From NCBI GenBank assembly GCA_046318155.1, contig JBKCUU010000075.1:1-16397 (forward strand): a stretch of DNA of 16,397 nucleotides, in the 5' to 3' direction. The translations under genes and the position numbers were made by a program. Origin of the DNA: Bdellovibrio sp. (GTDB taxonomy: Bacteria > Bdellovibrionota > Bdellovibrionia > Bdellovibrionales > Bdellovibrionaceae). This document shows, piece after piece, positions 1 through 8,004 of this stretch; the first letter of the stretch is position 1; each line of letters opens with the position of its first letter. The notes under the pieces were generated by a model. The model was not told the origin of the DNA, did not search any database, and was given only the letters and a program-made list of their open reading frames with translations.

Positions 1-486
1 AATGGACAAAGAGACGGAGTCTTTTTGAAATCGGGTTCTCTCGGGCTCTTGGATCTCGAGATCCAGGGCTCGTGAGAGTTCTCTTTGGGTCTCGGGCACA
101 GATTTGCCTGCTATTTTTTGAAGGATCTGTTGTTTTTGACCAAGGCTGACTTTTTCACCAGATTGCCTGGCTTTGTCTTTAAGAGCGCGGGAGAGTTCGC
201 CGATCTGAGAGAGGTTCAAATCCCCGGACTCAAGTTGTTCGGCCATCGAGGGAATTTCTTTAAGAAGTCTTGCCGCTTCAAGTCTGCGCATGGCAGCTGA
301 GCCCGAATAAGAGAGTTCTTTCACAAGGTATTCAAAAGTAGAAGAATAGGCTCGGTCCAAGTAAATTCGGCGGGTCTCGATCTGCTGAATATGCAAAAGG
401 ATCGAGTGAAGCAGCTCCCGCTCCTTGAGAACGAGAGCTTTGAGATTGAGTTCAACTTGTTGATTGCTGAGTCTTTGAATTGTCAT
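1..486 (-). CDS. DUF222-like/HNH endonuclease family protein, N-terminal part (continues beyond left edge)
   Basis: Manual translation from ATG 486 is open to base 1: MTIQRLSNQQVELNLKALVLKERELLHSILLHIQQIETRRIYLDRAYSSTFEYLVKELSYSGSAAMRRLEAARLL...ESGDLNLSQIGEL. It matches from memory the N-terminus of the multicopy HNH proteins of Bdellovibrio. AAGAGG SD lies upstream. The HNH motif itself is outside the window. Confidence 0.8.
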   Translation of the reverse strand, partial: MTIQRLSNQQVELNLKALVLKERELLHSILLHIQQIETRRIYLDRAYSSTFEYLVKELSYSGSAAMRRLEAARLLKEIPSMAEQLESGDLNLSQIGELSRALKDKARQSGEKVSLGQKQQILQKIAGKSVPETQRELSRALDLEIQEPERTRFQKDSVSLSI

Positions 487-560
487 GAGGGCCTCTTGTT
501 TTTGGTCAAAAAATCGATCTGTCTTGCTTTGGACAAAAAACAAGTATCATGACTTTTCAT
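483..560 (-). CDS. Putative 25-aa leader peptide (MKSHDTCFLSKARQIDFLTKNKRPS) overlapping the HNH start
   Basis: AAGGAG at 570-565, ATG at 560; TGA (485-483) overlaps the HNH ATG (486-484) as ATGA. Confidence 0.3.
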   Translation of the reverse strand: MKSHDTCFLSKARQIDFLTKNKRPS

Positions 561-581
561 GCGGCTCCTTGTGGCTTGAGA

Positions 582-606
582 AGAGGTGGAATTTTAAACC
601 ACCTCT
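582..606. promoter_or_regulatory. Inverted repeat AGAGGTGG-N9-CCACCTCT upstream of the HNH gene
   Basis: Perfect 8-bp arms at 582-589 and 599-606. Confidence 0.45.
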
Positions 607-782
607 AAAGGGCTTAATCTCATCAATGCGACGAGATCTTGCGATTGAATCGAATGTTTAGAAAAATCAAAAAACAAGGCTGCCCAAGGCTTTCCTGAGT
701 ATCAAAAAACACGTCAATAAAAAAACACACGATATGCATTGCAAAATGTTTTTCTATTTTTTTATCTGAAATCTCGTCGAGG

Positions 783-1136
783 ACACATCGGCTTTCTGAA
801 GATCTTCGCTCTTCATACATTTGCGAGGAATATTACGGCCTTTCGAAAGAACGGTTGGCGCAGGCATCGCAAGATTTTGTGGTTTCAGCGAATTACACTC
901 GTTCGCTTCTGGATGCGACTCCAGAATACTCTATTTTTTATCAAAAATGGCGGCATCGAAAATCCGATTTTCAAACTCAGCTCATCAAAATCGAAAAGAA
1001 ATGTCAGCAAAAGTTGATTCAGCTAGGGCTTGCAAATGATGTGAGCAGCGCCACATACATCCACGCCGTCTTGCACGGACTGATGACTGCGGCGTTCTTA
1101 TCACCAAAAGAATTTGAATCAGCCAACATCTCATAG
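783..1136 (+). pseudogene. Remnant of a TetR-family regulator C-terminal domain; no intact HTH or good start
   Basis: Frame of ORF 855..1136 reads ...EEYYGLSKERLAQAS...YTRSLLDATPEYSIFY...ATYIHAVLHGLMTAAF, resembling the 'Y..F...P..Y..F' and 'A..IWA.LHGL' patterns of WHG-type TetR C-domains. The start coordinate is approximate. Confidence 0.4.
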
Positions 1137-1232
1137 ATGCTGATGACCAATCCTGAGTAAAGTCAAAAGTGATCCCTTCCATCAAAAATTGAGGCCAGAT
1201 AAATGCAGTATTTGATCTTGTGCTTTCTGTAC

Positions 1233-2114
1233 TTATTCGGCCGCGAGAAATTTGGCCAGGGCCTCGAGCGAGGGTCCGCTGTGCTGGCAGTGATCGGCAT
1301 TTGGAATGCTCCACCACTGCACATTGAGGCCGCGTTTTTTTGCGGCCCCCGCCATGAGTTTGGCGCCTTCATAAACGCCCAAAGAATCGTTCTCATCGCC
1401 CATCATGTAAAAGGCAGTGTTCGAGGAGGATAGTTTCTCGGGCATGCGGATCGGGTCGAGCGCACTAAACTCCTGAGCACTTCGAAAATAGCTTTGCTGT
1501 TTGCCCAGCCATTTTAGAATAAATTTGGTGTTCACGCCTGCCGGTTGGCGCGCCACAAATTGACTGACCTCACGCGTGGAGGCGTACGGATTAATCGGGT
1601 ACACGGCCGGGCATGAGATCGCAATACGATCAAAAACTTTGGGACTTGCTAAAGCCATGACGGCGGCGTTAAAGCCACCCATCGATTCACCTAAGAGCAC
1701 CCGCCTTTTGACGGCAAAGCCAAGGCGAGATTCGATGTCAGGTATGATTTTGCGAGCCACCACCTCTTGCAGGTTCTGATTTAAAAACCAATTTTTTCCA
1801 AATGAAATACTGACGATGGCCGAAGGTGCTGAGGCTTGTTTGCCCCAGAGACTCACCAGCTTTTGGTGCTCGGGCGTATTCCAAGAAGACTCATTACCGC
1901 CATTGCCGTGAAAGTAATAAAGAACGGTCCCACTTCGAGGTTTGGGTTCACTCTGAACGCACCAACTGTAACTCTGCGAGCCCTGGCGCCCTGATCCGCA
2001 TACGGCTTGAACCGAGTTCAAAGCCTGCGCTGGTTCGCGCCGAGGGGCGTGCGTGCATCCCAGACCGAGAGACAAAGCGACGAGCGACAAGAGCAAAAAA
2101 GGTGTCTTCATCAT
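1233..2114 (-). CDS. Alpha/beta hydrolase (esterase-type) lipoprotein
   Basis: Lipobox-like SLGLG-C; YFHGNGG oxyanion region; GESMGG nucleophile elbow; candidate catalytic Asp (GDENDSLG) and His (ADHC). Start may be ATG 2111. Confidence 0.88.
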   Translation of the reverse strand: MMKTPFLLLSLVALSLGLGCTHAPRREPAQALNSVQAVCGSGRQGSQSYSWCVQSEPKPRSGTVLYYFHGNGGNESSWNTPEHQKLVSLWGKQASAPSAIVSISFGKNWFLNQNLQEVVARKIIPDIESRLGFAVKRRVLLGESMGGFNAAVMALASPKVFDRIAISCPAVYPINPYASTREVSQFVARQPAGVNTKFILKWLGKQQSYFRSAQEFSALDPIRMPEKLSSSNTAFYMMGDENDSLGVYEGAKLMAGAAKKRGLNVQWWSIPNADHCQHSGPSLEALAKFLAAE

Positions 2115-2148
2115 TTAAGTCTAAACAGAGAAGTTCGTTTCACAAAAT

Positions 2149-2183
2149 AAAAAACCCGGGCTTCTTTCGAAGTCCGGGTTTTT
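2149..2183 (-). terminator. Rho-independent terminator (probably bidirectional) after the Gly-rich protein gene
   Basis: Minus strand AAAAACCCGGACTTC-GAAA-GAAGCCCGGGTTTTTT: GC stem, GAAA loop, T-tracts on both strands. Confidence 0.85.
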
Positions 2184-2214
2184 GTTGCCGAGGTCTGAGT
2201 CCTCGCAAAAAGTC

Positions 2215-2748
2215 TTAGTACTTTTGCCCTACAAAAGAGAAGCCAGCCACAACGCCGCGGACACGTCCGTAGTAATCGATCAAAATGCTTCCGTTGTTGC
2301 TGCCACCAGAGAATTCAACACTGGCAGAGCCGTCACGGTTGATACGGCAGTAACCGTTGAGGCTCTCGCCACCATTTCGTTGGCTCACAGTCACCGTCAC
2401 GTACTCGTAACCTTGGTGAATCAAAGTCAAAGTCATCGGGCGTCCACCTTTGAAGCCCCATGTGCCTTCGATGGTTCCGTTGCAGGGGTTGCTGCGAACT
2501 GGAGGCGGCAGAGCAGGAGGACGATGCCCACCGGGGCCACGGCCCCAATCACCACCACGTCGACCGCGACCGTACCCTGGTCCATACCCTGGTCCACGAC
2601 CCCAACCATCTTCATTTTCTTGGTAGCTGCCGCGGCCATCATAATCATCGTGGCCAGGTCCATGATCACGTCCACCAAAGTGGTTTTGTGCTCCAGCCGC
2701 AGCACCAACAACGGTGACAGCTGCAAAGATGAAAGAAATCAATTTCAT
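2215..2748 (-). CDS. Secreted hypothetical protein: signal peptide, Gly/Arg-rich low-complexity segment, beta-rich C-domain (177 aa)
   Basis: AGGAG SD before ATG 2748; MKLISFIFAAVTVVGAAAGA|Q signal peptide; GRGPGYGPGYGRG repeats; Cys pair in the C-domain. The track's extension to 2898 is unlikely. Confidence 0.8.
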   Translation of the reverse strand: MKLISFIFAAVTVVGAAAGAQNHFGGRDHGPGHDDYDGRGSYQENEDGWGRGPGYGPGYGRGRRGGDWGRGPGGHRPPALPPPVRSNPCNGTIEGTWGFKGGRPMTLTLIHQGYEYVTVTVSQRNGGESLNGYCRINRDGSASVEFSGGSNNGSILIDYYGRVRGVVAGFSFVGQKY

Positions 2749-2843
2749 AAAAACTCCTACTGCATGTTGAGAGCAGTGATTTGTTTTGATGCTTCGGGCA
2801 TTATGACACCAAAGACATCTGTTATCGTTCGCGGGATATGAAG

Positions 2844-2860
2844 AGCAAAGGACGAGCCAA
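2844..2860 (-). promoter_or_regulatory. Sigma54-type -24/-12 promoter
   Basis: Minus strand TTGGCTCG-TCCT-TTGCT fits TGGCACG-N4-TTGC with exact GG/GC spacing, about 95 nt upstream of ATG 2748. Confidence 0.6.
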
Positions 2861-2949
2861 GAACGAGTCAAGAAAAAGTGACACCACCCGCAACACAAGC
2901 GGGCACAGTTTCAATCACAGTCAATGCTTATAAAAACTTCAGAAGCTGA

Positions 2950-3522
2950 TTAGCTGTTAGGCGCCCAAAGGCGATTGATCATCTCATCGTAAATGCGATC
3001 ACCGGCTCGATCCCAAAGGTGTCCGATCATCTCAAGAGTTACAACGCCATGGGCTTGGCTCCAAAGCTCACGCGCGATGAACTTTGCATCGCCTTTGAGA
3101 TGGCCCAAGGGCTGAACTCGCTCGATCGCTTTGACCAAGGTTTCGAACGATGACCAGGCCATGCGCAAGCTCTCGGGCGGCGGTGTGTACTCGGGGACGG
3201 GGCGTGTAAACATAACGATAAAAAAAGGTTTGTTCTTCACCGAAAATTCACGGTAGGCATGAAGCAAGTTTTCGAGATTCTTTTTCGGGTCTTGGGTGTT
3301 TTGCCTGGACGCCATAAAATCAGCCAGGCGGATAAAGCCCTCTTTGTAAAGGCCATCAATAAGTCCGAACTTGCCACCAAACAGGGTGTATACCAACTGC
3401 GTCGAAGCGCCTGATTCCTGAGCAATACGCCTCACCGTCAAGGCATCGGGGCCTTCATCCGAGAGGATCTTCGCAGCCACACCAATGACTTTTTTGCAGA
3501 GATCTTCCCGGTCTTTAGGCAT
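2950..3522 (-). CDS. TetR/AcrR family transcriptional regulator (WHG-type C-domain)
   Basis: HTH LTVRRIAQESGASTQLVYTLFGGK; C-domain AYREFSVKNKPFFIVMF and WSQAHGVVTLE. Confidence 0.93.
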   Translation of the reverse strand: MPKDREDLCKKVIGVAAKILSDEGPDALTVRRIAQESGASTQLVYTLFGGKFGLIDGLYKEGFIRLADFMASRQNTQDPKKNLENLLHAYREFSVKNKPFFIVMFTRPVPEYTPPPESLRMAWSSFETLVKAIERVQPLGHLKGDAKFIARELWSQAHGVVTLEMIGHLWDRAGDRIYDEMINRLWAPNS

Positions 3523-3539
3523 GTGGCAACACTGCCAGC

Positions 3540-3576
3540 TTGATTTCTTTGATTCAATCCTATAACATTGTTATAG
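3540..3576 (+). promoter_or_regulatory. Sigma70-type promoter overlapped by a putative TetR operator CTATAACA-T-TGTTATAG
   Basis: TTGATT (3540-45), 17 bp, TAACAT (3563-68); perfect 8-bp-arm palindrome at 3560-3576 abuts ATG 3577, between divergent genes. Confidence 0.75.
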
Positions 3577-3798
3577 ATGGCAAAAAAGACGTTTTTTAGC
3601 AGTCAAAACTTGCAGCGATGGGGCCTTCAGGGGTTCTTTCGTCTGTCCTCCCAAATTGCCCCAAACTTGGCAGCCCAAAAGGGGATGGATTTGTTTCTGA
3701 GCCCCCAAGCGGGCGCTTTTGGTTCATGGCTGGGATGTCCGGGGCTCGCAGCTTGGGCGCTTTGTGCTAGGACCATTCAGCTCCGCCCGCGATCATAG
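3577..3798 (+). pseudogene. Internally deleted and truncated alpha/beta hydrolase
   Basis: N-terminus ...IAPNLAAQKGMDLFLSP is joined out of frame to PKRALLVHGWDVRGSQLGRFV. No GxSxG follows before the convergent kup end. Confidence 0.75.
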
Positions 3799-3835
3799 AC
3801 TGTCGCATTTATTGGGGTGCGTTTCTCGAAAAAGA

Positions 3836-5722
3836 TTAGAGTTCGATCTGACTGCCGATCTCGACCACTTGATTGGCCGGGATTTTAAAGAACTGCGTGG
3901 CTCGCTGGGCATTTCGCGACATAAAGCTAAACAAGTGTTTGCGCCACATGGCCATGTTGCCAGCGCCTCTGGCCGTGTTTGAAGCAATCAGCGTCTCGCG
4001 ACCTAGGAAAAATGTGATCTCGGCGAGCTCGATGTGAAGCTCTTTGAGGCGCAGGGACTCAAGAATTTCATTCAAGCTGGGCGATTCCATAAATCCAAAA
4101 AAGACCGTCGCTCGGTAAAATCCATCTGGAAATATCTCGACGTGCGCGCGGGTCGCTCTTGAGACGCGAGGAATCTCGCGGGTCATGATACTCAAAAGAA
4201 CAATGCGGTTATGTAAGACGCGGTTGTGCTGAACAGAGCGGGCCAGGTCGGGCGGAGTCATTTCGGCGTCAGAAGTCATGACAAGCGACGAGCCAGGAAT
4301 GCGGTGGACCGGGTGCTCGCACTCGTCTTTAACAAACTCGGTAAAGTTCACGGTCTGTTCGCGCAGGCGCAATGATAAAATTCGGCGGCCCCGTTTCCAG
4401 GTCGTCAGCAGAGTAAAAATCACGGCTCCGATGACAAGTGGAAACCAGCCCCCGTGCGGGATCTTTATCGTATTGGCGATCAAGAAGACAAGATCCACAC
4501 CGATCATGGCAGTGCCCAGGATCGAGATCGTCACAAGGCTCCATTTCCATCGGCGCCGAGCGATATAGCAAGCCATAACCGTGGTAATCAGCATGGTCAT
4601 GGCCACCGCGATTCCGTAGGCCCCAGCCAGGTTACTTGAAGTCTTAAAGCTGATCACCAGCCAGATGGTACAAATCATCAGCGCCCAATTCATTTGCGGA
4701 ATATAGATTTGTCCCATCTCTTCACTTGAGGTGTGAACCACCTGCATCCGCGGGCAAAATCCGAGAGAGATGGCTTGGCGGGTGAGTGAGAAAACACCTG
4801 AAATCAATGCTTGTGAGGCCACGATCGTGGCTAGAGTAGCAATGATGACCACGGGGTAAAGGGCCCAGGAAGGAGCCATGCGGTAAAACGGATTTTCGAT
4901 ATTGGCCGGGTTTTGCAAAAGCATCGCGCCTTGGCCCAAATAATTCAAAACCAGGGCGGGGAAGACAATCAGGTACCAGGCTCGGCGAATCGGTTTGTGG
5001 CCAAAGTGTCCCATGTCGGCGTACAAAGCCTCGCAGCCGGTGAGCACAAGAAACACCGAGCCCATCGCCCAAAATCCAGAGGCTCCGTTATTGATGAAGA
5101 ACTCGATTCCATGCCAAGGATTAATAGCCGCAAAGACGCTGGGGTTCTCAATGACGTGCGGAATACCAAGTGCCGCCAACATGATAAAATAAAGACTGAT
5201 CACGGGACCAAAAACAAATCCAATTTTACTTGTCCCGTAAGACTGAAAATAAAACAAAGTGAATAGAACGAGAACTGTCATGGGGACGATGTAATGATCA
5301 AAAACATCGGTTGCGACTTTGAGACCTTCCAGTGCCGAGAGCACCGAGATCGCGGGTGTGATCATGCCGTCGCCGTAGAGCAAGGCGGCGCCAAAGAGTC
5401 CAAGAAAAATCATCCAACGTTTTCGGCCGCCCGAAGTTTTGGACGTCGGTACCGCAAGCGCAAGCAAAGATAAGATCCCGCCCTCACCTTTGTTATCAGC
5501 ACGAAGAACGAAAAAAATGTACTTGATCGAGACAACCAAGATCATCGACCAGACGATGAGCGAGAGAAGACCTAAAATATTGGCGGGGTTCACTGCAATG
5601 TTGTAGTGACTCGAGAAACACTCGCGAATAGCGTAAAGAGGCGATGTCCCAATGTCGCCAAACACGATTCCCAAGGCACCAAATGTGAGAGCCCAGATAC
5701 GAGAATCTTGGTTGTTATTCAT
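3836..5722 (-). CDS. kup: Potassium uptake protein Kup (KUP/HAK/KT family)
   Basis: GIVFGDIGTSPLY, ADNKGEGG, GDGMITPAISVLSA, TGCEALYADMGHFG, GQIYIP; C-terminal VVEIGSQIEL. Confidence 0.97.
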   Translation of the reverse strand: MNNNQDSRIWALTFGALGIVFGDIGTSPLYAIRECFSSHYNIAVNPANILGLLSLIVWSMILVVSIKYIFFVLRADNKGEGGILSLLALAVPTSKTSGGRKRWMIFLGLFGAALLYGDGMITPAISVLSALEGLKVATDVFDHYIVPMTVLVLFTLFYFQSYGTSKIGFVFGPVISLYFIMLAALGIPHVIENPSVFAAINPWHGIEFFINNGASGFWAMGSVFLVLTGCEALYADMGHFGHKPIRRAWYLIVFPALVLNYLGQGAMLLQNPANIENPFYRMAPSWALYPVVIIATLATIVASQALISGVFSLTRQAISLGFCPRMQVVHTSSEEMGQIYIPQMNWALMICTIWLVISFKTSSNLAGAYGIAVAMTMLITTVMACYIARRRWKWSLVTISILGTAMIGVDLVFLIANTIKIPHGGWFPLVIGAVIFTLLTTWKRGRRILSLRLREQTVNFTEFVKDECEHPVHRIPGSSLVMTSDAEMTPPDLARSVQHNRVLHNRIVLLSIMTREIPRVSRATRAHVEIFPDGFYRATVFFGFMESPSLNEILESLRLKELHIELAEITFFLGRETLIASNTARGAGNMAMWRKHLFSFMSRNAQRATQFFKIPANQVVEIGSQIEL

Positions 5723-5736
5723 GTTCTAACACCGCG

Positions 5737-6942
5737 CTATCGGCGAATAGACTTGGGATTAATTGCGTCTTGAAGTCCGTCACCAAGGTAATTGAAACAG
5801 ATAGTGATGGTTAAAATCAAGAGTCCTGGAATAATCGCCAGAAATGGAGCTTCGGTGATCAAATCCAGAGCATTAAACAACATGCTGCCCCAAGAGGGCG
5901 TTGGCTGCTGAATCCCAAGGCCTAAGAAGCTCAGGGCTGCTTCGAACTGGATGGATTCACCAATCCCAAGGGAGACACTGACTAAAAGTGGGGCAATGAC
6001 GTTGGGGAACAAATGCTTAAACAAGATCGTGCGGTCACGAGCCCCCAAGGTTTTCGCCGCCAAAACGAACTCACGCTCTTTAAGCGACAAAACCTCAGCT
6101 CGAACAAGTCGAGCCACGGTCATCCACGAAAACAACACCAAGATAAAGACCAACTTCATGATGTTCTCGTTACTTTGGGTAATGACCGACCGGAGGCCCG
6201 GAACCTTATCAACACTCACGGCTGACACAACAATCAAAACCGGAAGAGTCGGGAGTGACAAAAGGGCATCTGTTACGCGCATCAGCACGGTGTCAACCCA
6301 GCCGCCGTAGTAGCCGGCCATCGCACCAATCAAAAGACCGATCAACGCAGACGTTAAGGCCACCAAGATACCAACGCCAATCGAGACGCGTGTGCCGTAA
6401 ATCAAACGGATAAAAACATCGCGGCCCAATTCATCCGTTCCAAAAAGATGGTATCGCTCAAACTGATTAAACGTCTGCCTCAGCTCGAGGTGACCTGGGC
6501 TTTCGAGCGCATTTAAAACTTTTGCTTGAGTTTCGCTGTCCGCGTTGGCGAGATCATAAAGCGCGTCTTCTTCGCGGATAAAAGTAAAAAGTTGTTTTTC
6601 AGCGATCTCTTTGCGAAGCCCAACCGAAGCCTCTGGGTTCATGAGCTGAAAACGGTTGATCGCATTTTCGCGTTGGTCGGCCGAGAGCGTGGCGCTTGTC
6701 ATCGGCTTGGCGTAACGATTGATCGGATTCTGAACGTTGGGATCCTGGCCGGTGATCATGGCAACGAGCGGAGCCGACAAGGCTGTCAGAATGAAAATGC
6801 AGATAATGACAAGACCCACCAAGGCTGCTTTGTGCGTAATGAACTGTTCCCACACGATTTTCCAAAAAGATTGGGCTTTCTCGGCGTTGGCCAGATCTTT
6901 GGCGCTAAACTCGGGAGACGGATTCTGAGTCGCAGGTTGCAT
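5737..6942 (-). CDS. oppC: Peptide ABC transporter permease, OppC/DppC family
   Basis: HLFGTDELGRD; EAA loop (EREFVLAAKTLGA); EAALSFLGLG..PTPSWG; NYLGDGLQDAINP. Confidence 0.93.
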   Translation of the reverse strand: MQPATQNPSPEFSAKDLANAEKAQSFWKIVWEQFITHKAALVGLVIICIFILTALSAPLVAMITGQDPNVQNPINRYAKPMTSATLSADQRENAINRFQLMNPEASVGLRKEIAEKQLFTFIREEDALYDLANADSETQAKVLNALESPGHLELRQTFNQFERYHLFGTDELGRDVFIRLIYGTRVSIGVGILVALTSALIGLLIGAMAGYYGGWVDTVLMRVTDALLSLPTLPVLIVVSAVSVDKVPGLRSVITQSNENIMKLVFILVLFSWMTVARLVRAEVLSLKEREFVLAAKTLGARDRTILFKHLFPNVIAPLLVSVSLGIGESIQFEAALSFLGLGIQQPTPSWGSMLFNALDLITEAPFLAIIPGLLILTITICFNYLGDGLQDAINPKSIRR

Positions 6943-6957
6943 CGAATGTCTCCTTTC

Positions 6958-7929
6958 TTAGCTGAGGCTGATGCGAGGATCGGCAAAGCTATACAAGACA
7001 TCTGCGATCAGGTTGAAGATCAAAACCATCGACACCGAGATCATAAAGCTGATCATGGCGACGTTAAAATCATTGGCAATAATCGAGTCGTAAACGAGTT
7101 TTCCGACTCCTTGATAAGCAAAAACAGTCTCAGTGATTGTGGCTCCTGAAAAAACACCCGAGAAACTCAAAGTCACCATTGTGATCAAAGACAAAAGGGC
7201 ATTTCGAAACCCGTGTTGCCAAATCACGACCACACGCGAGAGCCCCTTGGCTTTGGCTGTGCGGATGTAATCATTGCGCATTGCTTCGAGCATCGCCGAG
7301 CGGGTAAAACGCAAAAAGCGTCCGATCGAGATGTAAGCGAGCGTCAATGTTGGGAGAACGAGGTAGTAACTGCGATCGGCAATTTGCGCCCAAATGCTGG
7401 CGTACTCCCGCCCGATGGTTTCAGTCCCACCCGCCGGAAACCAGGGGAGCCAGACGGCAAAGGTCAGAATCAAGATCAGACCCAACCAAAATGACGGCAT
7501 ACTGACCCCACTAAATGCGAAGAAGCCAATCACGTAATCGGTTTTGGTGCCGGGCCTGAGCGCACTTAAAACACCGAGGGGAATGGCGATCAAAAGAGCC
7601 AAGGCCAGCGAAGCAAGCGAAAGAATAAACGTATTCAGGAGTTTAGGTCCCATAATCTCAGACACGGGGATGCGATAGGTTCTGGAATAGCCAAGATCCC
7701 CTTGAAGAATATTCGACATCCAATTCCAGTAGCGGGCGTAAACGGGCTGATCAAGGCCATACAGCTCGCGCAGGCGAGCCACGTCTTCAGAGGTGATGCG
7801 AGGGTTTGATTGAATCATCAACTCAACCGGATCACCGGGCATCAAGGTCATCAGGTAAAAACAGAAATAAGACAAAAGCGCGATGACAATCACGGTTTGA
7901 ATCAATCGTCGTAAAATAAAATGAGTCAT
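6958..7929 (-). CDS. oppB: Peptide ABC transporter permease, OppB/DppB family
   Basis: MPGDP, YGLDQP, GDLGYS, DYIRTAKAKGL, TETVF...GVG, ADPRI. Confidence 0.95.
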   Translation of the reverse strand: MTHFILRRLIQTVIVIALLSYFCFYLMTLMPGDPVELMIQSNPRITSEDVARLRELYGLDQPVYARYWNWMSNILQGDLGYSRTYRIPVSEIMGPKLLNTFILSLASLALALLIAIPLGVLSALRPGTKTDYVIGFFAFSGVSMPSFWLGLILILTFAVWLPWFPAGGTETIGREYASIWAQIADRSYYLVLPTLTLAYISIGRFLRFTRSAMLEAMRNDYIRTAKAKGLSRVVVIWQHGFRNALLSLITMVTLSFSGVFSGATITETVFAYQGVGKLVYDSIIANDFNVAMISFMISVSMVLIFNLIADVLYSFADPRISLS

Positions 7930-7963
7930 CGCACGAGCCTCGTTGAACTTTAGCTTTGTAGGG

Positions 7964-7984
7964 GCGCCCCCGTCCAGAGGGCGC
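7964..7984 (-). promoter_or_regulatory. Intercistronic hairpin after the substrate-binding protein gene (mRNA stabiliser or partial terminator)
   Basis: Minus strand GCGCCCTC-TGGAC-GGGGGCGC with one G-U pair; no U-tract. Confidence 0.5.
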
Positions 7985-8004
7985 GGATTTGAGTCAGGAA
8001 CAGA

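Noticed and set aside
2182..2841. 219-aa plus-strand ORF and other antisense ORFs within kup, opp and sohB (e.g. 6526..7149, 14315..14908)
   Set aside because: Shadow frames of better-supported genes on the opposite strand.
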